60,825 nt of DNA, taken from the IMG/VR virus record IMGVR_UViG_3300033142_000461, positions 1 to 60,825 of that record. One strand, 5' to 3'. This document shows positions 19,754-30,102 of this stretch, piece by piece. Each line of letters starts with the position of its first letter. The stretch's first letter is position 1. Made by a program: the position numbers and the translations under genes. The notes under the pieces were generated by a model, which worked only from the letters and a program-made list of their open reading frames with translations, did not search any database and was not told where the DNA came from. This DNA comes from a virus (taxonomy: Duplodnaviria > Caudoviricetes).

Positions 19754-21231
19754 TAGATGTAGAAGTAAATTATATCAATGATGTGAATGTTGAGGTTCTA
19801 TGTGACCTTGGTATTGGTATGGAGATACAAGAATACTTCACATTCAAAGCACCAGGATATAGATTTCATCCAAAATTCAAAGCAGGTATGTGGAATGGAG
19901 ACATTAAATTGTTCAGTCCATACCGTAGAGTATTACCAGCTGGTTTATTAAGTAAACTCAAAAACTTCTGTAAACAGTGGGATTACTCCATCACCATAGA
20001 TAGTAGAGTCGATACAAAGAATGAAATTTCTCCAAAGGCAATTGGCGAATATGTAGATAGTCTTGATTTGGCCGCGCACGGAGAAAGAATAAAACCAAGA
20101 GACTATCAATATTACTCAATCTGGCACAGCATTACAAACAAACGCGCCACTGTAATTGTTCCAACTTCTGGTGGTAAGAGTTTACAAATCTATAGTACAA
20201 TCAGATGGTATCTTGACCATGAACCAAGGAAAGTTCTCCTAGTAGTTCCTAGTGTTGGTCTTGTTTCCCAGATGCACAACGATTTTATTGACTATTCCTC
20301 TATAAATGGATGGAGTACGGAAGATAATGTACATTGCATTACTGCCGGTATTACCAAAATGACAGATAAAAATATTGTTATCTCTACATGGCAGTCTATA
20401 TGGAAAATGCCTAAGACTTGGTTCGCGCAATTTGGAATGGCATACTTCGATGAGGCACACCTTGTTAAAGGAAATTCTTTACAGACTATTGGCGCCGGTC
20501 TTGTTGACTGTCCTTATAGAATAGGCACAACAGGTACCACAGGTTCTAAGATTGTTAATGAGATGGTGATTCAAGGCACACTTGGACCAATCAAGAAGAT
20601 TATCACTACCGAAGAACTTATGAATCGTGGACAGGTTGCGAAGATGACCATCAAGTGTGTCTCAATGATATATCCAGAGATTGATGCTAAAGAGTGTAAG
20701 AGCAAGACCTATCATGAAGAGATTGACTTCATCATTGCTCATGACAAACGAAACCGTATAATGATGAAGTCTCTTGGTTCTATGAAAGGAAACAAGTTGA
20801 TACTGTTCAATAAGAGGTCACACGGCAAGGTTCTTGTTAAATTAGCACAGAAACTATATCCCGACAAGAAGATTTTCTATGTGGATGGTAATACACCTAA
20901 GGCTGTCAGAGAAGAAATGCGTCACCAGATTGATGAACTATATGATTCGATATGTATATTCTCATACGGTACCAGTTCAACAGGGGTATCGATAAGAAAT
21001 CTCAACCACGTTATATTTGGTTCTCCAAGTAAGTCAGAGATACGAGTATTACAGAGTTTAGGTAGAGGCCTTAGAAAGTCTGACCGAAAAGATTCCGTTA
21101 TACTTTGGGATTTTATTGATGATTTATCTATTAAGAAGTATAAGAACTTTGTGTTGAAACATAGTATAGAGCGGTGGAACATGTACCAAAAAGAAGCGTT
21201 TGATACAGAGCTTATCAAGATTAATCTATAA
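19750..21231 (+). CDS. uvsW: SF2 helicase UvsW
   Basis: PRDYQ, PTSGGKS, DEAH, QSLGRGLR. Confidence 0.96.
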   Translation: MIDVEVNYINDVNVEVLCDLGIGMEIQEYFTFKAPGYRFHPKFKAGMWNGDIKLFSPYRRVLPAGLLSKLKNFCKQWDYSITIDSRVDTKNEISPKAIGEYVDSLDLAAHGERIKPRDYQYYSIWHSITNKRATVIVPTSGGKSLQIYSTIRWYLDHEPRKVLLVVPSVGLVSQMHNDFIDYSSINGWSTEDNVHCITAGITKMTDKNIVISTWQSIWKMPKTWFAQFGMAYFDEAHLVKGNSLQTIGAGLVDCPYRIGTTGTTGSKIVNEMVIQGTLGPIKKIITTEELMNRGQVAKMTIKCVSMIYPEIDAKECKSKTYHEEIDFIIAHDKRNRIMMKSLGSMKGNKLILFNKRSHGKVLVKLAQKLYPDKKIFYVDGNTPKAVREEMRHQIDELYDSICIFSYGTSSTGVSIRNLNHVIFGSPSKSEIRVLQSLGRGLRKSDRKDSVILWDFIDDLSIKKYKNFVLKHSIERWNMYQKEAFDTELIKINL

Positions 21232-21848
21232 GACCTACCAATCCAATCCCGCTCAACATAGGAATCAAATCTATTGTAACCAATATGTTAGGAGAGAGCG
21301 CAGCGAACGAGTCTTGCGAAGCAAGTCTTAATTGTATCTCTAATTGTACAATAGTGTATTTCGCTTCGCTCAAGTCCTCACTTCGTTCGTCCGGTCTTTG
21401 TTGTTTTTTAGCGGTTCTCTAATGATTCTTTAGTTATACCTATGGTGAACACACATAACTATCCCTATATTCCATTACGTTTTTGGAATTGCCTACCTGG
21501 GAATTAGTAAACCTCTATTAGAGATTGTGGCCGAATCATACAATAATTAATGTTAGCTAAACGCTTGATGTTCCTTTTAACACTGAGTATGATTAAGAGA
21601 GTTGCTTCATGCTTCTCCTTCACGACAACTGAGTTGCCGTCATAACTTATAGTAGATTGTGTACCATTGTTATGACACTTGCTCGAATCCAAGAGGGATA
21701 AGAGTTTGTGAATCTAGTTGAGGGACCTTGTGGGTTTCGAACTGATTACCTCATATACTGTAGATGACCCCAAGAGGTGGTGAGTTAGATATTACCTACA
21801 GACAAAACTTGTTTAGGGATAATACTACACCAGACAGCTACCTGTCAA
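21232..21848 (-). other. Long structured non-coding region: candidate replication origin and/or ncRNA
   Basis: No credible ORF; leftward TTGACA-N18-TATTAT promoter (21848-21819); multiple hairpins; GAGCGAAGCGAA/ACGAACGAAG-type motifs. Confidence 0.45.
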
Positions 21849-22003
21849 GACATTTTTTCGATGATAAATAGATACAGTCAAATCTTACCTCTGTGTAAGT
21901 GCTGATTAGAGTGGAGGAAAGACAGCTATCTTTCCTTTGCTTGACTCTATTTATACAAACGGTGACCTAAAAATTCAACAATCACATTAGGTCGCTTATG
22001 TTC

Positions 22004-22032
22004 TTGCCATAAGTGATTGATATGTATATAAT
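22004..22032 (+). promoter_or_regulatory. Sigma70-type promoter for gp55 with an IHF consensus in the spacer
   Basis: TTGCCA-N17-TATAAT; 22010-22022 reads TATCAAtcacTTA on the minus strand. Confidence 0.7.
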
Positions 22033-22061
22033 GGTAATATTAATTGATAACGGGTGAATAT

Positions 22062-22640
22062 ATGGCCGGAAAAAAGAAAAGCAATCACTATGTTGATAAC
22101 AAAGTGTTCTATACAGAAGTTAAAGAATACGTTCAACAGTGTGAAGAACTAGAAAAGAAAGGGGCAGATATAAGAGACCCCCAACAAAGACCACGAATCT
22201 CAGATTCCATCGGTCTGAAAATAATTAAAGTGTGTGAAGGTGTGATGCGCCGACCAAATTTCATTGGATATACCTTTAGAGCTGAATTCGAAGGTGATGC
22301 TATTGAGAATTGTATCAAGTACGCGCATCGTTTCGACTACATCAAATATAATTCCCCATTTGCATATTTCTCATTCATTGCCTGGCAGGCCGCCGTTCGT
22401 AGGATCCAAAAGGAAGACAAACAGTGGAAAACGAAGATGCGTTATATTATGAATGCTGGTATTGATGATGTTATGTCGGAACTACAAGAACATGATACAG
22501 GCAAAAACTTTGATAACGACTATATTGATTTCATGCAGAAAATCTATGATACAAAAGATATAGACCTGACTGTAGAAAAGAAGAAAAAGAAAACCAAGAA
22601 AGACTCCACAGAGAGTTTAGAGGGTTTGTTTGGTGACTAA
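22062..22640 (+). CDS. gp55: Late-transcription sigma factor gp55
   Basis: HYVDNK, RPNFIGYTF, DAIENC, SPFAYFS, A.VRRIQKE; C-terminal clamp motif SLEGLFG. Confidence 0.96.
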   Translation: MAGKKKSNHYVDNKVFYTEVKEYVQQCEELEKKGADIRDPQQRPRISDSIGLKIIKVCEGVMRRPNFIGYTFRAEFEGDAIENCIKYAHRFDYIKYNSPFAYFSFIAWQAAVRRIQKEDKQWKTKMRYIMNAGIDDVMSELQEHDTGKNFDNDYIDFMQKIYDTKDIDLTVEKKKKKTKKDSTESLEGLFGD

Positions 22641-22833
22641 TACTAATCCTATAGGAAATACGTTTCTATTAACCGATACCGCTGATACTTTATTAGGCCT
22701 TGAGTATGATATGAGAACATTGGATATGGATAATGAACAGTGTTTGAAACATATCGAAGACTTATTGACAGATTGTATATATAACATTACTCAATATGTA
22801 AGAGAGTCACAACATATTTACTCGGTAGATTAA
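22630..22833 (+). CDS. Hypothetical protein
   Basis: Short ORF filling the gp55-gp47 gap. Confidence 0.4.
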   Translation: MVTNTNPIGNTFLLTDTADTLLGLEYDMRTLDMDNEQCLKHIEDLLTDCIYNITQYVRESQHIYSVD

Positions 22834-22834
22834 T

Positions 22835-23890
22835 ATGGCGAAAATAGTATTACTTGGGGATACTCATTGGGGTGTCCGCGGGGACTCCAATATATTCCGA
22901 GACTTTCAATTAAAATTCTTTCAAGAGATATTCTTTAATTATCTTGTAGAGAATGAGATTGATATTGTATGGCAATTCGGTGACCTATTCGATAAGAGAA
23001 AACAGGTCAACATCATGACCTTGTCTACAGTACAGAGAGACTTCTTTAATTTCTTTGAGACACATAATGTTAAATTAAACGTGTTGATGGGCAACCATGA
23101 CCAATTCTATCGCAACACCCGCGAATTAAACTCCCTTAGAGAAGTGATTGGCAACCAATACAATAACATTTCTTTTTATGATAACAATACAAATGTTACC
23201 ATTGACGGATTAAGTGTTGATATTATACCTTGGTTGAATGAGGATGACACAGAAGGATTTCTAAGATTCATTTCTGAATCACATGCTGATGTTTGTTTCG
23301 GACACTTTGAGATGTCTGGTTTCGAGATGATGAAAGGTCATATGATTGACCACGGTATGAATAAAGATGTACTTGGTGATTATGAAAAGGTGTTCTCTGG
23401 CCACTATCACACAAAATCAGAAAGAGGCAATATCAAATATCTTGGTACTCCTTATGAACTTACTTGGTCTGATTATGACGACACAAAAGGATTCTATGTA
23501 TTCGATACCAATGATTTGAGTATAGAATTTATTGAGAATCCATATACACTACACACAAAGGTGATTTATGATAACAATGTGGAACTGGACAGTTTTGAAG
23601 TGGAATATTTTAACAACAAGTTCGTTAAAATTCTCGTCACTGAAAAAGAAGATGGTAAGAAATTTGACAAGTTTTTGGACATGGTCTATCAGTGTGCTCC
23701 GTATGATATTTCCATAACAGAACATATCGATTATACAAATGATATATCCGATGATGAACTTGATGTAGAGGATAGCATGAGTGTCTTGTTACGTAGTGCT
23801 GATAGTGTTAATGATGATAGTATTGATAATAATGTATTATCTAAACTAATCCGTGAATTATATACGGAAGCCATTTCTCTTGACACATAA
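22835..23890 (+). CDS. gp47: Recombination nuclease subunit gp47 (Mre11/SbcD-like)
   Basis: GDTHWG, GDLFD, GNHD, GHFE, SGHYH. Confidence 0.96.
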   Translation: MAKIVLLGDTHWGVRGDSNIFRDFQLKFFQEIFFNYLVENEIDIVWQFGDLFDKRKQVNIMTLSTVQRDFFNFFETHNVKLNVLMGNHDQFYRNTRELNSLREVIGNQYNNISFYDNNTNVTIDGLSVDIIPWLNEDDTEGFLRFISESHADVCFGHFEMSGFEMMKGHMIDHGMNKDVLGDYEKVFSGHYHTKSERGNIKYLGTPYELTWSDYDDTKGFYVFDTNDLSIEFIENPYTLHTKVIYDNNVELDSFEVEYFNNKFVKILVTEKEDGKKFDKFLDMVYQCAPYDISITEHIDYTNDISDDELDVEDSMSVLLRSADSVNDDSIDNNVLSKLIRELYTEAISLDT

Positions 23891-23908
23891 GATGGGTTCG
23901 TTTATAAT
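23880..23908 (+). promoter_or_regulatory. Consensus sigma70 promoter
   Basis: TTGACA-N17-TATAAT. Confidence 0.85.
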
Positions 23909-23931
23909 GGTCACACGAAAAGGAGAATAAT

Positions 23932-24132
23932 ATGTTGCCTGTATTTGAAAAAGGTTCATTATATCAGAGTTTAACGCACGGTATGGTAGAGTATTTGGGA
24001 ACAGATACATATTATGGCCAGAATACATTGAAGTTTAAATCGATTCAATATAATACAACAGAGTATTGGTTGCCTGAAAGTCTATCATTCCATTTTGGTG
24101 ACACTGATTCTCCTCAATTACTTAATGAGTAG
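23932..24132 (+). CDS. Hypothetical protein
   Basis: AGGAG RBS, downstream of consensus promoter. Confidence 0.6.
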   Translation: MLPVFEKGSLYQSLTHGMVEYLGTDTYYGQNTLKFKSIQYNTTEYWLPESLSFHFGDTDSPQLLNE

Positions 24133-24135
24133 ATT

Positions 24136-24336
24136 ATGATTAATACAGAAATAGTTAAACTTCTTGAGGAAGTAAAGGAAGAGATGTTAAGAGAGATATA
24201 TACTTCTTGTGATGAATGGTATGAACGTTATAATATTGGAATAAAGAAGTCTGTATCCATTATAGATAAAAAGATTGCCTATTACTCAATGACACCTAAC
24301 GATTTAAAGAAAGAACTTGGACTATACCATAACTAA
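24136..24336 (+). CDS. Hypothetical protein
   Basis: TAATG-coupled to gp46. Confidence 0.55.
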   Translation: MINTEIVKLLEEVKEEMLREIYTSCDEWYERYNIGIKKSVSIIDKKIAYYSMTPNDLKKELGLYHN

Positions 24337-26069
24337 TGATCCACTTTAAGATCTTAAAATATAAAAATTTTATGTCGGTTGGTAATACTCCAATCGAATT
24401 ATACCTTGACAGATTCGATAAGACACTACTAACAGGTAAGAACGGCCATGGTAAGTCACAAAACTACATCGCTCTTTACTATGCTCTATATGGTAAGGTG
24501 TTCTCTAAAGGATTAGTTCTTGCTCAAATGATTAACTCCCTCAATCAGAAGAAATTGGTTGTTGAGGTTGAGTTCTCAATCGGCAAAAATGAATACAAAG
24601 TTGTTCGAGGCCTGAAACCAAACATATTTCAGATATGGATTAATGGCACAAAAAAAGAACAAGATGCCAACATCAAGGACTATCAAAAGTTCCTAGAAAC
24701 AAACATTTTGAAGATGACTTCAAAGACTTTCAAACAAATTGTTATTCTTGGTTCTACTGCATACGTTCCCTTTATGCGTCTGTCTGCAAAGGACCGTAGA
24801 GATGTAATCGAGGACCTACTTGATATTCAATACTTCACCATTATGTCAGAACTGGCAAAGAAACGTGTTGTATCAATGCGTGAAGATATTGGTGACCTTA
24901 CATCAAAGATTAATCAACTTGATACAAGGGTTGAGGTTACTGCTTCTAAGATTGAAGAATTAAATGACCATAACGATAATGTTATTGGTAAGAACGAAGA
25001 AGAAATCTCCAAACATTCTGTAGACCTATTGGGTCTTGAAACACAAAAGTCTGACCTCTATGCGAAAACAAAAGAGATTGACTTTGAGGGTTCTAAGGCC
25101 AACCTAGGTAAACTTGTTAAACAAGGAAATGAATTGTCTTCTCTTAAAAGACAAATTCAAACCAATAGAAACAAATCACAAAAAGAGATTGATTTCTTTG
25201 ATGATATAACAGATTGTCCTACCTGTCTACAAAATGTAGAAGACGACCATAAACACCGTATCATATCCCACAACGAGGATAAGATAATCAAGTTTGATAA
25301 TGGTATCGTTAAGGCTGAGGAGAAACTTGGTGAGTTTAACAACGATATAGAAGTTGCACAGTCTATCATTGATTCATTTTCTGATTATGTTTCCCAGATG
25401 AAAACTATCGACCATCGTGTAGAACTTTTAGAAGGTGTTATTGCCAGCATCAAGAAACAGAATATTGAATTATCAGAAACAGTTGATACTTCTGAATCAG
25501 AAAAACAATTAGCGATAGACAAGAAGGAACTTGATGGTATTCGAAAGACAAAGAATGAACTGACTGATGAATTGAGATATTATACTACAGTTATTGAACT
25601 GTTGAAAGATGGTGGTATAAAAACCAAAATCATTAAGAGTTATATTCCTGTCATTAACAAGTATATACAGAAGTACCTAGATATACTTGATTTCAATATT
25701 GAGTTTATTTTCGATGAACAATTTAATGAAACCATAAAGAGTCGTGGTAGAGATATGTTCTCGTATGGTAATTTCAGTGAAGGACAAAAACTGAGAATCG
25801 ATTTGGCAATATTGTTCACCTTTAGAGAGGTGTCGAGACTCAAGAATAGTTCATCAACCAATCTATTGATCTTTGATGAGATTGGAGATAGTTCTCTCGA
25901 CCAAGAAGGATTTGATGCTCTGATGCGTATCTTGAACAGCAGTGCCGAAGACTCTAACATCTTTGTTATCTCTCATAATGATAACATGGGTGAGATGTTT
26001 AAGAATACCGTACGTTTTGAGTTAAAAAATAACTTCACAGAAATGACGTTTGTAGGGGAGTATAAGTGA
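24336..26069 (+). CDS. gp46: Recombination ATPase gp46 (Rad50/SbcC-like)
   Basis: KNFMSVGN, GKNGHGKS, CPTC zinc hook, FSEGQ signature, LIFDE, ISH. Confidence 0.97.
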   Translation: MIHFKILKYKNFMSVGNTPIELYLDRFDKTLLTGKNGHGKSQNYIALYYALYGKVFSKGLVLAQMINSLNQKKLVVEVEFSIGKNEYKVVRGLKPNIFQIWINGTKKEQDANIKDYQKFLETNILKMTSKTFKQIVILGSTAYVPFMRLSAKDRRDVIEDLLDIQYFTIMSELAKKRVVSMREDIGDLTSKINQLDTRVEVTASKIEELNDHNDNVIGKNEEEISKHSVDLLGLETQKSDLYAKTKEIDFEGSKANLGKLVKQGNELSSLKRQIQTNRNKSQKEIDFFDDITDCPTCLQNVEDDHKHRIISHNEDKIIKFDNGIVKAEEKLGEFNNDIEVAQSIIDSFSDYVSQMKTIDHRVELLEGVIASIKKQNIELSETVDTSESEKQLAIDKKELDGIRKTKNELTDELRYYTTVIELLKDGGIKTKIIKSYIPVINKYIQKYLDILDFNIEFIFDEQFNETIKSRGRDMFSYGNFSEGQKLRIDLAILFTFREVSRLKNSSSTNLLIFDEIGDSSLDQEGFDALMRILNSSAEDSNIFVISHNDNMGEMFKNTVRFELKNNFTEMTFVGEYK

Positions 26070-26806
26070 TAAAGTTATATAATGGCGATTGTCTTGACAT
26101 TATGAAGAACATACCAGACAATTCTATTGATATGGTCCTTACCGACCCTCCGTACGGAACTACCGCGTGTAAATGGGATTCTATAATACCATTGGAACCG
26201 ATGTGGGAACAACTTAAACGTATTATTAAAGACAGTGGTGTTATTGTTATGACCGCTTCTCAACCATTTACAACAACACTAATTTCTTCCAATATGGATA
26301 TGTTTAAATATTGTTGGGTTTGGGAAAAGAATTTCTCTACAAACTTTTTACATGCTAAACGTCAGCCTCTAAGAAAAACAGAAGATGTGGTCGTGTGGCA
26401 TCCTGGAACTAGTTTCTATTATCCTATAAAGACAGAAGGACATAAACCGACCCAGAGTGCTAAAGGTAGTTCTAACGGTGTACTATGGCATGGAACAAAT
26501 AAGAGAGACTATAAAGGCGGAGACACAACGAGAATGCCTACAAACATCATAAAGATTGCCGCGGAAGACCCAAAGAACAGAGTGCACCCAACACAAAAAC
26601 CTGTCGCGTTGATGGAATATTTGATCAAGACATATACTCTTGAGGGAGAAACTGTACTTGATTTCACTATGGGATCTGGTACAACAGGAGTCGCATCCAA
26701 GAATCTTGATAGAGATTTTATTGGTATAGAACTCGACCAAGACTATTTCAATATCTCCCAAGACCGTATAGAATCAACTAATCCCCTGGCCGAACTATTC
26801 GCGTAA
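26066..26806 (+). CDS. Orphan amino-DNA methyltransferase (N4-C/N6-A, beta-class motif order)
   Basis: DPPY, HPTQKP, LDFTMGSGTTG, FIGIE. Confidence 0.93.
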   Translation: MIKLYNGDCLDIMKNIPDNSIDMVLTDPPYGTTACKWDSIIPLEPMWEQLKRIIKDSGVIVMTASQPFTTTLISSNMDMFKYCWVWEKNFSTNFLHAKRQPLRKTEDVVVWHPGTSFYYPIKTEGHKPTQSAKGSSNGVLWHGTNKRDYKGGDTTRMPTNIIKIAAEDPKNRVHPTQKPVALMEYLIKTYTLEGETVLDFTMGSGTTGVASKNLDRDFIGIELDQDYFNISQDRIESTNPLAELFA

Positions 26807-26937
26807 CATATTGATTTCTAAGTCATAAACTGGACTTATGCGCCCATAGAAACATTCAGTGCTAAATCAGAAAATAATGGTTGTCATTAGGTGCAATGCC
26901 TGTATAATGATCCATATTGATTGAGAGGAGTTCTAAA
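26804..26937 (+). promoter_or_regulatory. Early promoter cassette copy 1
   Basis: IHF consensus (minus strand, 26804-26816); ATAA-N7-TTAT-N6-ATAG at 26825; TTGTCA-N16-TATAAT. Confidence 0.75.
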
Positions 26938-27327
26938 ATGAGTAAATATGTCGTAATTCACAGTGCCTTTGGTGACTTGTGTGAACCTGTCGCGTTTGTA
27001 ACGGCGACCCACTGTGAACAAGTCTATGAGAAGACCAATACCATTTCTCGCCCTTGGTGGGAGAATGAGGGTGTTGTGAAGGGTGCCAAAGAGGGTTATC
27101 GTTCAACTTCTGTCGATGACATCATAGTACAGTTCACCGATAAGGGCGAACTTGTGAGTGTTAATGTCGTAGACCATACTGGTTACAAAGAGATGCCTGC
27201 TGAGATTGAGGTAATGATTTATGTTGCCGATGGCCACATTCGTTCATTTGTGACTCTTACACGCGAGGCCGTTGAACGTGTCGCAAAAGAATGGTTCAAT
27301 AACTGCAATCACATCGACTTGTCATAA
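26938..27327 (+). CDS. Early hypothetical protein
   Basis: GAGGAG RBS, ATG at 26938; YRSTSVDD motif. Confidence 0.7.
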   Translation: MSKYVVIHSAFGDLCEPVAFVTATHCEQVYEKTNTISRPWWENEGVVKGAKEGYRSTSVDDIIVQFTDKGELVSVNVVDHTGYKEMPAEIEVMIYVADGHIRSFVTLTREAVERVAKEWFNNCNHIDLS

Positions 27328-27451
27328 GTCTGGCTTATATGCTAATAAGCACAATCATTTCAAATACTTACGAAATAGTGCTTTTAGTGGTTGACGGTGG
27401 TACCAATACCTGTATAATGATCCATATTGATTGAGATTGAGAGAGAAAAAG
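27324..27451 (+). promoter_or_regulatory. Early promoter cassette copy 2
   Basis: ATAA-N7-TTAT-N6-ATAA; TTTCAAatacTTA; TTGACG-N16-TATAAT; leader ATTGAGAGAGAA. Confidence 0.8.
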
Positions 27452-29965
27452 ATGTCAAAAATGAATTTAGATTTGCTCGCGACTATCCTTGCTGAGGAGA
27501 ACATTACTGTTACTCGCAAGAATTGTAAGACAGCAAGTTTCGACCTTTTAAATCGTGTTCTTACTATCCCTAACACTAAAGACTTTTTTGAAGACTATGC
27601 ACAGATTGCTATGATTCTTCACGAAGTTGGTCATGCCCTTTATACGGATCTAGATCGTTACATGGAGATTGGTTCTTCAATTCAGAAACGATTCCCACAT
27701 GCTCGTATGTTGTGTAACATTCTTGAAGATGTTCGAATTGAGAAAAAGATTCGTGCGAAGTTTAAGGGTGCTGCGTCTTTCTTATACAAGACTAACAAAG
27801 AACTTTTCGACAATGACTGGTTCGGTACTCCTGAGATGGTTGCTGATTACGGTCTCCTTGATCTGATCAATGTTCACTACAAAGTTGGTCCTATGTCAAC
27901 TATCAAACTTCCTGAGTCAGGTAATGAACTCATCAAGTTAGTTGAAAACATGGACACTATGGATGATCTTGAAGACACTTGTGAAGCGTTTGTTGAACAA
28001 TACGAAAAAGAGAAAGAACAAGAACAACCTCAAGAGCCAATGCGCGCTGAGGATGAAGAGAACGAAGACGACCAGTTAGAAGATGATTCTCAAGATGATG
28101 ATGATTCTGATACAGATGAACCAGAAGAAAATCAATCAATGCCTGATTTTCCTACTGATGATGAAGAAGATGATTCGGATGATTCTGGTGATTCTGTCGA
28201 TGATGATGATTCTGATGAGTGTGAAGACGGTGAATCAGATTCGGATGATTCTGGTGATTCTGTCGATGATGAATCTCCTGATGAGGACGATGATTCGGCA
28301 AAGGTTGATGATTCTGATGCCGAAGACGAAACTACCGATGAAGAGTCTGAACTTGATAAGACCGAAGGTGATAGTGATGATGAGTCTGAGGAAGACGAAC
28401 TTGAAGACGAACACAAGGCTGATGAGTTAAATGATGGCCGTGAAGGTTCGGTTGATATCGGTACTGGCGAGTCTCAAGAATCATACGATGAGAATTTTGA
28501 TGAGGCGATTGACTTTGAAGAAAATTCAAATGAACCGAAACGATTCACTGTTCATACTCGAATTCCTTCTTATAAAGAATTTGTTGCCTCTGGTAACATT
28601 GTAGAATATAAAGATGTTATCAATGCAAACTGGTGTCCTTCTAAAGGTCACCCAGCTCCTACCAAAGAACAAATCGATTCAAATTATAAAATTAGTGATT
28701 ACACTATTACTTATATTAAAGATGAATACAATCGTCTTTCTGAGGCTTTTGTTCCTTTTAAATCTTCACTTAAAAGTACTGTCGCTCAAATGGTTAATGA
28801 ATTTGAACGTTCAAAGACTGCCGATGTTCGTAGTCGTACTAAAGTTCACAAGACTGGTAAGCTTGATGTTACTCGCCTTCACAACCACAAAGTTTCTGAT
28901 AACATTTTCCTGAAACGTGAGACTGTGAAAGAAGGCAAGAATCACGGTATCGTTATGATGATTGATGCTTCTATTTCAATGCGTGACAAAATTCAAGAGA
29001 TGATGAAACAGGTAATCACTACCGCGTTATTTGCTAGAAAGGTTAATATTCCTTTTGAGGCATATACTTTCACTACTCCTGAATTGCCTGTTGAACCTAT
29101 CGATGAAGGTTATGAAGAGATTAGTAAAAAAGGTCTCTATCATATGTCTGGTAATTATGTTCGTGGTAGAGTAGCCCAAGTTCTTTCTTCCGAGATGAAC
29201 AATAAAGATTGGAATGATGCACTGTTTCAACTCTATATGTTTGGTTTCGAAACAAAAGTACTTACTAAAGATGAATTTGCTAACAGTGATTTCTATGAAC
29301 TTGGTGGTACTCCTCTTTATCAAGCATCGATGATGTCTATTTCTATCGTTGAACGTTTTATCGAGAGATACAATGTACAGATTCCATCACTTCTGTTAAT
29401 GACTGACGGTGCTGGTACTAGTCCTAAGATTGGTTACGATTGGAATATTACCGAACATGTTAACTCTTATGATATCATTTCTAGTGTTGTGGACATTGAT
29501 ACTAATAAGACCTACAAGATTTCAGATATTAACAAAGAGATTGTGAAAAGCGACCGATGGGGACACACCCAACGTTATGTTGATACCTTTAGTCGTTATC
29601 ATGTTGCCCTTGAAATTCTTAAGCAACGTGTTCCTGAAATCAACCTGATTGGTTATTTCATTGTTGCTACTAAGAGAGATACACAAGACTTCAAAAAGTG
29701 TTTCAATACTACTACCGAGAAAGTTACAATGGGCAACATCAAGAAAAGCGGTGTTCTCGCTGGTAACGCGATTGGTTATGATGAGATGTTCATCATTTAC
29801 GGCGTTAGTCTTGAAGATGAGTCTGCTGATATTGAAGACCAACTTGAAGGTGTTAAAAAGGGTTCTTACAAATACAAGCAACTCCTTATGCAACAACTCC
29901 AGACTGGAAACTCTTCAAAGAATCTGGTCAAGAAAGTTGTTGAGGTCATTTCAACCGCAGCTTAG
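27452..29965 (+). CDS. VWA-domain protein with N-terminal HExxH domain and acidic linker (CobT-like partner of the AAA ATPase)
   Basis: HEVGH, NILEDVRIE, MIDAS DASISM, GGTPL, MTDG. Confidence 0.85.
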   Translation: MSKMNLDLLATILAEENITVTRKNCKTASFDLLNRVLTIPNTKDFFEDYAQIAMILHEVGHALYTDLDRYMEIGSSIQKRFPHARMLCNILEDVRIEKKIRAKFKGAASFLYKTNKELFDNDWFGTPEMVADYGLLDLINVHYKVGPMSTIKLPESGNELIKLVENMDTMDDLEDTCEAFVEQYEKEKEQEQPQEPMRAEDEENEDDQLEDDSQDDDDSDTDEPEENQSMPDFPTDDEEDDSDDSGDSVDDDDSDECEDGESDSDDSGDSVDDESPDEDDDSAKVDDSDAEDETTDEESELDKTEGDSDDESEEDELEDEHKADELNDGREGSVDIGTGESQESYDENFDEAIDFEENSNEPKRFTVHTRIPSYKEFVASGNIVEYKDVINANWCPSKGHPAPTKEQIDSNYKISDYTITYIKDEYNRLSEAFVPFKSSLKSTVAQMVNEFERSKTADVRSRTKVHKTGKLDVTRLHNHKVSDNIFLKRETVKEGKNHGIVMMIDASISMRDKIQEMMKQVITTALFARKVNIPFEAYTFTTPELPVEPIDEGYEEISKKGLYHMSGNYVRGRVAQVLSSEMNNKDWNDALFQLYMFGFETKVLTKDEFANSDFYELGGTPLYQASMMSISIVERFIERYNVQIPSLLLMTDGAGTSPKIGYDWNITEHVNSYDIISSVVDIDTNKTYKISDINKEIVKSDRWGHTQRYVDTFSRYHVALEILKQRVPEINLIGYFIVATKRDTQDFKKCFNTTTEKVTMGNIKKSGVLAGNAIGYDEMFIIYGVSLEDESADIEDQLEGVKKGSYKYKQLLMQQLQTGNSSKNLVKKVVEVISTAA
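28172..28272 (+). repeat. 35-nt direct repeat (period 66) in the acidic linker
   Basis: GATTCGGATGATTCTGGTGATTCTGTCGATGATGA at 28172 and 28238. Confidence 0.85.
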
Positions 29966-29971
29966 AGGGTC

Positions 29972-30102
29972 ATTAGTTCTGCTTATGACCCAATAAGCAC
30001 AATCATTTCAAATACTTACAAAATAGTTGCGAAAATGGTTGACCGAGGCACCCAGACCTGTATAATGGTACCATAAATTGAGATTGAGAGAGAAAAGAAA
30101 TT
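29972..30102 (+). promoter_or_regulatory. Early promoter cassette copy 3
   Basis: ATTA-N7-TTAT-N6-ATAA; TTTCAAatacTTA; TTGACC-N16-TATAAT; leader ATTGAGAGAGAA. Confidence 0.8.

Noticed and set aside
21504-21692. 62-aa minus-strand ORF in the non-coding tract
   Set aside because: TTG start without a clear RBS, no motif, and it overlaps several hairpins; it cannot be fully excluded.
21916-21935. GGAAAGATAG similarity between this hairpin (minus strand) and the nadM hairpin
   Set aside because: The loop differs (not the AUAGA pentaloop), so it is probably coincidental.
28083-28529. Overlapping Met-rich and Ser-rich ORFs (also 8213-8404)
   Set aside because: These are shadow frames of Asp/Glu-rich GAT/GAA codon runs.
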